Translations under genes and position numbers: made by a program
Source of the DNA: Octopus sinensis
Lineage: Eukaryota
Length of the DNA: 8,525 nucleotides
Direction of reading: 5' to 3'
Assembly: GCF_006345805.1 (NCBI RefSeq)
Contig: NW_021828348.1
Span: 1 to 8,525, forward strand
Shown here: positions 1-6,564 of the stretch, piece by piece
Layout: each line of letters starts with the position of its first letter
How positions within the stretch are numbered: the first letter of the stretch is position 1
Notes under the pieces: model-generated
Seen by the model: the letters and a program-made list of their open reading frames with translations, nothing else
Told to the model about the DNA's origin: nothing
The model's database searches: none

Positions 1-202
1 CGAAATTCTTCAACAAATATTAATTTATAAAAATTACTTTTGTTTTCTGCTCCGAAAAACTAACAAACTTAACGCAATAAAATATTTTAACTTTATTTAA
101 TCTAAAATATTAAATATAACGATAATAAGGTTTTGCTTTTAAATATTCCTTAAGCAGATGATATTTACTTACAGGGTTTTCAAACAAAAATCAACTCTAT
201 CA

Positions 203-217
203 GTATTATTATTATTA

Positions 218-256
<39 letters not shown>
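203..256. repeat. (ATT)n microsatellite
   Basis: Uninterrupted ATT run. Confidence 0.98.
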
Positions 257-258
<2 letters not shown>

Positions 259-519
259 CGTTTATTGTTTTTTCTTAAATCATAGTTGACATTCTGGACT
301 GTCCTGTGTTGTTTATCCACTCGTCTATGTATTCTTGTAGTATTTTGTGTAAATTTAAGAAGAAATAATTTGTTAACACGCCTTTAATATATTGTGTTAA
401 CGTCTCAGCCCTTGCTCCCCCCCCCCACAGCCGCCGCCTCCACTTCGTCATGTTGTTTGGAATTTGTTTCCACACAGTTTTTGGAAAACATTTGCATTCG
501 TTTTGTTTTATTCTTGCCT

Positions 520-657
520 CCATGGACCAACGCTGGTAGCTATAATAAAGAAGCGTTCATTGTCATCATGGCTGCTCTGTTATTGTCTGCCATCTTGAAA
601 AAAACATTAACCCTCAACATGGCGGTGTCCCCAGCCGTAAACCATGGCCGACCATGG
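520..657. promoter_or_regulatory. Cluster of YY1/Pho-like CCAT/ATGGC motifs, candidate cis-regulatory element
   Basis: ccatgg 520-525, catggctgc 567-575, gccatcttg 589-597 (minus caagatggc), aacatggcgg 616-625, accatgg at 641-647 and 651-657. Confidence 0.3.
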
Positions 658-672
658 AAATATATCGTAATT

Positions 673-717
673 ACACACAACACACACTACACAACATACA
701 CACACACGCACACACAC
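673..717. repeat. Imperfect (CA)n microsatellite
   Basis: Direct reading. Confidence 0.9.
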
Positions 718-718
718 G

Positions 719-1193
719 TTCTTTTATTCTTTTACTTATTTCAGTCATTTGACGACGGTCATGCTGGAGCACGACCTTGAAGGGTTTAGTCAAACAAATC
801 GACCCCAGGACATATTTTTGTACACCTAATACTTATTTTATCGATCTTATTTGCCGATCTACTAAGTTATGGATGTCAATAGGTAGTGGAGGACACAGGA
901 CACCATACACTAGATATATACACTACCACTATAATATATATATATAAGATATATACACTACATACAACACACACACCACATATATATATATATACTATAT
1001 ATATATATATATATATCATATATAGTATATATATATATACATACGACAGGGTTCTTCAGTTTCCGTCCACCAAATCTACTCAGAAGGCTTGGTCGGCCAA
1101 GGCTATAGTAGAAGACACTTGCTCAAAGTGACACGCAGTAGGACAGAATCCAGAACCATGTGGTTGGGGAGCAAGCTTCTTACCACTCAAGTA
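719..1193 (-). mobile_element. Composite tRNA-derived SINE, copy 1: tRNA head + CORE-like block (1193-1043), internal TA/CA microsatellite (~1042-905), 3' module (~900-719)
   Basis: Minus-strand A-box-like TACTTGAGTGG (1193-1183), B-box-like GGATTCTGTCC (1151-1141), GTGTCACTTTGAGCAAGTGTCTTC resembling the CORE-domain ccttgggcaagt motif; both unique parts have clear homologues in copy 2 in the same order and orientation. Resembles octopus OR/OK-type SINEs from memory; family name not verified. Confidence 0.85.
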
Positions 1194-1392
1194 CACAAGG
1201 CCAGCAATTGCGGGAGAAGCAGTAAGTCTATTACCTCAACCCCAGTTCACAACTGGTACTTACTTTACCAATCTCGAAAGGAAGAAAGGCAAAGTCAACC
1301 TCGGCGGAATTTGAACTCAGAACGTGAAGAGCTATGGAATACCGCTAAGAGTTTCGCCTGGTGCTCTACCGATTCTGCTAGCTCACCACCTT
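1194..1392 (-). mobile_element. Second tRNA-derived SINE family
   Basis: Minus-strand 5' end aaggtggtgagctagcagaatcggtagagc, B-box GAGTTCAAATTC (1318-1307), then gaggttgactttgcctttcttcctttcgag..taagtaccag..ctggggttga; the last block is shared with the 3' module of the composite SINE. Confidence 0.8.
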
Positions 1393-1525
1393 ATATACGT
1401 GTTTATATATTAATGTTTGCTTTTCGTATCAAACCAGGAATGAAAGCAATTTGACATTGACCCGAAAGATTACTCAATACCCTTTAGTAGGGTACATATT
1501 TATTCGTTTCCCCAGTTAATTGGTT

Positions 1526-1570
1526 GACAGTGACTTCGAAGTTTCGATGTGCTCAACGTCATAGACTGTC
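1526..1570 (-). ncRNA. Type I hammerhead-like motif with a 1-nt core deletion
   Basis: Minus strand reads GACAGU-CUAUGA-CGUUGAGCACAUC-GAA-ACUUCGAAGU-C-ACUGUC: perfect 6-bp stem I, 10-nt palindromic stem III, GUC site, imperfect stem II; core is CU-AUGA instead of CUGAUGA. Confidence 0.7.
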
Positions 1571-1629
1571 TGATTATCGCTAGGAAGCCATGAACTGTCC
1601 ACTTTGCCCTTGTAAAATTTCTTACTTTC

Positions 1630-1638
1630 TTTGTTTTT

Positions 1639-1669
<31 letters not shown>

Positions 1670-1675
1670 ATCTAT

Positions 1676-1717
<42 letters not shown>

Positions 1718-1860
1718 ATTGTGTGTGCATTGTGTGTGTGTGTGAGAGAGAGAGAGGGGGGGAAGAAAAGAGTGAGCGAGATGATAGAGATGGATAGATA
1801 GAGAGAGAAAGAAAGAAAGAAAGAAAGAAAGAGCGAGAGAGGGGGACAGAGAGAGGGAGA
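1630..1860. repeat. Compound microsatellite (CTTT)n-(TG)n-(GA)n-(GAAA)n
   Basis: Direct reading; the CTTT and GAAA tracts are mutually complementary. Confidence 0.95.
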
Positions 1861-1864
1861 GTGA

Positions 1865-1975
1865 CGGTTTGCTCACGTCCCAGCAAGTCAGCAATTTGGC
1901 GAAAGAGTTCCTTGGAGTGAGGACCAGCATCAATGCAAGTACCGAGATCGATTCGTTCGAATGAACACTTCAAGT
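1865..1975 (+). mobile_element. Degenerate fragment of the composite SINE 3' module in opposite orientation
   Basis: 1950-1974 gattcgttcgaatgaacacttcaag matches the reverse complement of 2204-2230 (gattcattcgaatgaaaattgttcaag); preceded by a TG/GA microsatellite as in the full element. Confidence 0.65.
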
Positions 1976-2338
1976 CCCTCGCGGGGCACAGCAGAGTTCA
2001 AGGCCAAGCGGCTTTACACTCCGTGCTTTAGCTTCGTTACTATAGCAACAGTCCGGATACTTATTGATCAAACCACGTGTGTGTGTGTCTGAATGCGCAC
2101 GCGCGTGTGTGTGCAACGCTTCTCTCTGAAGATTTTCGGATTCTTTTATCTCTTATCATTTACTTGCTTCAGACATTAGACTACGGCCATGCTGGAGCAC
2201 CGCCTTGAACAATTTTCATTCGAATGAATCCACCCCAGGGCTTTAATTTCCAAGCCTGGTACATATTCTATCAATGTCTTTGCTGAACCACATAGATTAC
2301 ATCAATACTGGTTTTTCAAGTGAGTAGGGCCAACAATA

Positions 2339-2382
2339 CACACGCGCACACACACACATACATATACATATAGTTTATGTAT

Positions 2383-2413
<31 letters not shown>

Positions 2414-2435
2414 TATTATATATATATATATATTT
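2339..2435. repeat. (CA)n/(TA)n microsatellite (SINE-internal)
   Basis: Direct reading. Confidence 0.95.
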
Positions 2436-2659
2436 ATTTATTATAAATACCAATATGAAAATAGAAACAAAGAAGAAGGGGAAAAAACAAATTTGTTTTG
2501 TTCATCAACTTACGGATATTATAAAGTTGGATTATTTATTCATTTTTACAAATGAGAACATCAAAAGCATACAAAATATTATATAAATCAATAGATAAGA
2601 TAATAATACAAATACAGATTTTTAAAAGTCACAGTATAAAATAAATGAAATCTAAATTA

Positions 2660-2742
2660 CTTCTTACAGCTGTTTCAGCCTATGGTTTAAGTAAATCTAA
2701 TTTTCATTGCCTATAGATGTCAACATACTAAGGTTGTAGGCA
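2660..2742 (-). ncRNA. 5'-truncated hammerhead remnant
   Basis: Minus strand GCCUA (2741-2737) ... UAGGC-U-GAAACAGCUGUA-aga; same ACAGCUGU palindrome as the +5941 ribozyme; the CUGAUGA core is absent, replaced by an A/T run at 2743-2758. Confidence 0.45.
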
Positions 2743-2749
2743 TTTAAAA

Positions 2750-2780
<31 letters not shown>

Positions 2781-3037
2781 TATACGATGGGCTTCTTTCA
2801 GTTTCCGTTAACCAAATCCACTCACAAAGCTTTGATCGACCCAAGGCTTTATTGTAGAAGATACCTGCCGAAGCTGCCACGAAGTGGGACTGAACCTGTA
2901 ACCGCAGATGAGATCGCAAACCTCTTACCACGCAATCTTATCTGCGCCGATATTTATTTAATTTATTTTTATGTTTCAGATTTCTGAGATTGGATAAACG
3001 AGTATTAACGATGATCATAAAGAATTTATGGTTAATA

Positions 3038-3393
3038 CTGTTGTAATGGGCTGTACGAGCCGAAACTCGTGCGAATTTTTGTCTTGAAATACGAGCAGAA
3101 TTCCACAGTACGAGCAAACAAATCGTCCCATCTTTAGGGTAATTGAGTTAATTAAGCCAATTTACATATTTCTTTTTGTATTCTGTATTTTTTATAATTG
3201 TCATTTTACTTGTCACTATACCTTTTCTGCTTTAAAACCCATGAAAACTTATTTTTCAGTGGTTTTAAGAGGCTGGAACGAATTAATTATATTTTAGTTA
3301 ATTTCAATGGGGAAAATTGATTTGTAAAACGAGTAAATCGTAAGACGAGTTCGGCCATGGAACGAATTAAACTCGTACTGCGAGGCATCACTG
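3038..3393 (-). mobile_element. Tigger/pogo-like (Tc1-mariner) non-autonomous MITE
   Basis: Right end on the minus strand is TA|CAGTGATGCCTCGCAGTACGAGTTTAATTCGTTCC, a Tigger-type terminus. The left end TA|CTGTTGTAATGGGCTGTACGAG matches it at 13/22 positions with the same length and a flanking TA (3036-3037, 3394-3395). Subterminal TACGAG/CTCGT repeats occur at both ends; no ORF. Confidence 0.7.
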
Positions 3394-3589
3394 TATAAGG
3401 AAAACCGGATAATGAAATATTTATGCCTTTTCCAAAGCAAAAAATAGGGTTTATACGTCTCATCGAAGTTTTGGCTGTATAAACACATATTTGCACCTAT
3501 ACCTATATATATATGTATATATATATATAGTTTGTAAAAAAGAAGTTTGAAAACGCCACTATATTAGATAAATTTTAATTTTCTTATGA

Positions 3590-3634
3590 ATTTTACATGT
3601 TTCGGTTCTTGAAAAAACGAACCTTATCAAAAAT
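3590..3634 (-). ncRNA. Decayed type I hammerhead (PLE-type)
   Basis: Minus strand reads AUUU-UUGAUAA-GGUUC(10-nt loop)GAACC-GAA-ACAUGU-A-AAAU: 4-bp stem I, perfect 5-bp stem II, palindromic ACAUGU, GUA site; two core transitions (C3>U, G8>A). Confidence 0.65.
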
Positions 3635-3660
3635 ATTATAAAAAGTAAAGTGCAATAGAA

Positions 3661-3789
3661 AAGTTCATAGTTGTTTCTTACTGGTCTCAATAGAATCCAT
3701 GTGGTGGTGTTTTGTCGGTAGTTGGTATAATCGCTATATTATAGTTGCGTGTAGTAAAGAAGTTCATTATTGTTTCTTGCTGGTATCAA
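3661..3789. repeat. Imperfect 30-bp direct repeat, 99-bp offset
   Basis: 3661-3690 aagttcatagttgtttcttactggtctcaa vs 3760-3789 aagttcattattgtttcttgctggtatcaa, 26/30 identical. Confidence 0.75.
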
Positions 3790-3864
3790 AAGGAACCGTC
3801 CTTGTGTTCCAATGGAATGGTGGCAGCAGTAGTGATTGTTGGTCGTAGTAGTAGTAACTACTAA

Positions 3865-4160
3865 TATATATGCATCTATGTGTACATATACGCATGTATG
3901 TATATTTTTACACGTATGCATGTATGTATATGTGTGTATACACATATACATATGCATACATACATACAGACACATATATACATACATAAATAGACATCCA
4001 TATATACACAAACACACATATATATTCATCCATATATATACACACTCACACACATATATACACCTATATGTCTATGTGTACGTACACACATACACACACA
4101 CACAGACACACACGCACAGACACACACACACACACACACACGCATACACTCAAACACACA
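3865..4160. repeat. Cryptic alternating purine/pyrimidine TA/TG/CA microsatellite
   Basis: Direct reading. Confidence 0.95.
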
Positions 4161-4228
4161 TGTAATGAATATCAGAAAAGGAATAACGGATATTTTATGC
4201 TGTTAAAGTTGAAAAAGGTCAACAGTGT

Positions 4229-4315
4229 ATGACGTCATGGAATATGTTTGCAAATGGCGGCAAGATAAAGATGGTAATTAATATGGCGACCATAAGAGAG
4301 AATGGAGGAAGCGGC
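4229..4315 (+). promoter_or_regulatory. Perfect CRE palindrome followed by YY1-like motifs, candidate promoter/enhancer
   Basis: ATGACGTCAT 4229-4238; aaatggcggc 4252-4261; aagatggt 4268-4275; aatatggcga 4280-4289; gaatggagg 4300-4308. Confidence 0.35.
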
Positions 4316-4454
4316 AATTTGTCACACCTACAGCAGAAAACATTTCATCACATTACATACTTTATCAGCTGGACAGCTTCTCTCTTGCGGCTATTAAAAG
4401 TGGTTTACAAGATAAAAGCCAGTTAAGGTTTAGAGTGGTTTTGCAGAGCAGCGA

Positions 4455-4712
4455 CGGCGGCGACCACGACGACGGCAATGATGACGATGATGATTACGAT
4501 GATAATGACGATGATGACGAGAGACGATGATGATGGTGGTGATGGTGTTTTGATGGTGGTGATGGTGTTTGTGATGGTGGTGATGAAGGGTGGTAGTGCA
4601 GGTGATTGTGGTGATAGTGTTGGTGGTGGTAATAGCGTAGTGGTAGTTGTAGTGGTGTTGGTAGTGGTGTTGGTGCTGGTGGTGTCGGTGATGGTGGTGG
4701 TGGTGGTAGTTT

Positions 4713-4744
<32 letters not shown>

Positions 4745-5468
4745 ATAGTAGTAGTAGTAGTAGTAGCAGCAGTAGTCGTAGTAGTAGTAGTGGTAGTAGT
4801 GGTAGTAGTAGTAGTAGTATTTATGGTGGTGGTGGTGGTGGTGGTGGTGGTGGTGGTGGTAGTGGTGATGGGTGTTGATCGTCCTCTTTGCAGTGCTAGT
4901 ATCGGTGTTGATGTTTTCGACTACAACTATTAAAAGTAGTGGTTGTGGTAGTGGTAGTGGTGGTGGTGGTGGTGGAGGTGGAAATATTGATGGTGTGGTG
5001 GAGGCGTTAGTGTTAGTCAAAATGTGGTCAGCTAACAAAGGCGATGGCGATTGTGATGCTGGTGCTGGCCGTCTTGCAGTGATTATTGTGTAGGCGGTGG
5101 TGTAAGTGATAGTGGTGATAGTTGACTGATATGGTGGTGGTGGTGGTGGTGAATAGTATAGTATAGGGGATATGTAGTGGTCGTTTCCTTTACGGTTGCA
5201 GTCGTGGTTTGCAGTATTGATGGTGATAGTTCTGATAGTGGCGGTGGTGGTGTCGTGTGGTTTGGTTTGGTTTGGTGGCAGGGGTTGTAGTTCTAATGGT
5301 AATATAGGGTTATTGTGGCGGTGGTGGCGAGCGTAAGGATGAATATGATCTCCCAAGATTATAATGGTCTGTTGATGGTTAAGTTCAATCTGGTGGTGGT
5401 GGTGGTGACAACAGCAGCAGCAGCAGCAGCAGCAGTAGCAGTAGTAGTTGTAGTAGTAGTTGTAGTTT
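4455..5468. repeat. ~1-kb cryptic trinucleotide array (GAT/GGT/GTA/GCA)n
   Basis: Direct reading; source of the poly-V, poly-Y/H/C and poly-G ORFs. Confidence 0.95.
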
Positions 5469-5664
5469 CTATGTATCTGACCCAAAAATTCTGAGAGCCG
5501 CGTTTCACAGGCTTCATTCACAGACATAGATTATGAAGTGACATCGTGTTCACTCCCAGCGAAAATGAAAAAAAAAAACTATCATGTGTGTGGTGGCGGA
5601 GGGCTAGAAATAAGAGCTAAAATGATCTAATGCTGTAATCAAAGCACATAATTGCATACATATA

Positions 5665-5750
5665 CACTGACAGGGACTGTAACCGACGGATATCACCATT
5701 CGAAACCGGTCAGTTTCGGCAATTTCCGTTGCCTCATCAGTAAAGACTGC
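5665..5750 (-). ncRNA. Hammerhead-like motif: perfect core and stem II, ambiguous stems I/III
   Basis: Minus strand CUGAUGA (5740-5734) GGCAA-cggaaa-UUGCC GAAAC; ACUGAC (5714-5709) can pair with GUCAGU (5671-5666), but position 17 is then G and stem I is mismatched. Confidence 0.55.
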
Positions 5751-5940
5751 CTCGACTTCGGCAGATTCTGGGTTTAATTCTCTATCAGTGACTTTTAGCA
5801 ATGCAGATGTTCCTAACACCCTAATCACATCTAGTGACAATTATAGTTTTCCTTTTTGATGAAACATTCCACACTGCTGCCTATATTGAATTTTATACAT
5901 TCTCAACAAGCAGGAACATGAACACTTAATTGTATCTCTT

Positions 5941-6039
5941 TAGCCAACTCTGATGAGATTCGACTTTTAAATGGTTTTAATTATGGTAATTGATTTCTAA
6001 AGGTCTAGAGTCGAAACAGCTGTCAGAGATGATGTCTAA
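5941..6039 (+). ncRNA. Type I hammerhead ribozyme, PLE-type (palindromic minimal stem III), catalytic core intact
   Basis: CUGAUGA 5950-5956; stem II GAUUC 5957-5961 / GAGUC 6008-6012, extended by GACUUUU 5962-5968 / AAAGGUC 5999-6005; GAAA 6013-6016; palindromic ACAGCUGU 6016-6023; GUC triplet 6022-6024 (predicted cut after 6024); stem I CU 5948-5949 / AG 6025-6026, then an internal loop and UAGcCA 5941-5946 / UGuCUA 6033-6038. Confidence 0.8.
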
Positions 6040-6148
6040 TTTTTAAATTAATAAATGATTATTAATTATCTCTCTATTTTCTTATCTTCTTATAAATATA
6101 TATAGGTATGTTGGTGCAAATAGGATATGCATATTTTTATTAATATTT

Positions 6149-6230
6149 AGCAGGAGCAACAGAGTGACTCAAGTTCCAAGAGTTTCGGACGCACGAAAAC
6201 CGCAGACCTTGAGTCACTCTTGCTTCTGCT
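6149..6230 (-). ncRNA. Long hairpin, candidate pre-miRNA or other structured RNA (alternatively a decayed palindromic element)
   Basis: 6161-6173 AGAGTGACTCAAG is the exact reverse complement of 6208-6220; 6149-6158 pairs with 6221-6230; in-register pairing continues to a 6-nt loop (6188-6193). Confidence 0.4.
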
Positions 6231-6242
6231 ATGTTAATAAAC

Positions 6243-6328
6243 GTGTTGTGTGTGTGTGTGTATGCGTGTGTGTTTGTGTGTGTGTGTTTGTGTGTTTGTG
6301 TGTGTTTGTGTGTGTGTGTGTGTGTGTG
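6243..6328. repeat. (TG)n microsatellite
   Basis: Direct reading. Confidence 0.97.
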
Positions 6329-6527
6329 TAGTAAATGTAATGAGAAGCAAGTTAGGCAAGTCGATTTACACAGAATATTTGATACATTTAATAGAAAAAA
6401 TGTACATGTATATGGATGTAAAAATAGTCTGACATACAGAATATAAATGATATCAGAAGTTAAATGGGTAGAGTCCAATAACTATTTCTGGGGTCTTGGT
6501 GGTCCAGAATAATAATAGTTACTTTGA

Positions 6528-6564
6528 TTCATTATCGGATAACATTGCCTCCGTCTTCAGGGGA
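6528..6564 (-). ncRNA. Decayed PLE-type hammerhead remnant
   Basis: Minus strand ccc-CUGAAGA-CGGA-ggcaauguua-UCCG-AUAAU; resembles the common 'ctgaagacggagg...tccgaaacg' PLE motif as I recall it, but GAAAC is degraded and there is no NUH site or stem I. Confidence 0.4.

Larger units (their letters stand above)
2141..2934 (-). mobile_element. Composite tRNA-derived SINE, copy 2: head/CORE 2934-2783, 3' module ~2340-2141, microsatellite interrupted by a ~320-bp AT-rich insert
   Basis: 2783-2934 aligns with 1043-1190 (cttc(t)ttcagtttccgt..accaaatc.actca); B-box GGTTCAGTCCC (2896-2886); 2160-2290 aligns with 730-860 (catgctggagcac..ccttgaa, acccccagg-like, gccga/gctga). Confidence 0.8.

Noticed and set aside
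394-780. 128-aa plus-strand ORF
   Set aside because: Runs through a CA microsatellite into a SINE; no family similarity that I recognise.
1141-1392. A/B boxes suggesting tRNA genes
   Set aside because: No full cloverleaf; the boxes continue into repeated SINE bodies, so these are SINE heads.
1089-1454. 121-aa plus-strand ORF
   Set aside because: Antisense reading across two SINEs.
4712-5527. 271-aa minus-strand ORF (poly-Y/C/H/P/T) and the overlapping poly-V ORF 4478-4933
   Set aside because: Direct translations of the trinucleotide array; several frames on both strands are open, as expected for stop-poor simple repeats.
5495-5530. Minus-strand ctgtgaatgaagcctgtgaaacgcgg, resembling a collapsed hammerhead
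   Set aside because: No stem II, broken core and a non-palindromic stem III.
5604-5840. 78-aa complex-looking ORF (…TDRELNPESAEVEAVFTDEATEIAET…)
   Set aside because: No recognisable domain or splice context; 'TDEATEIAET' is simply the hammerhead core and stem II read in frame.
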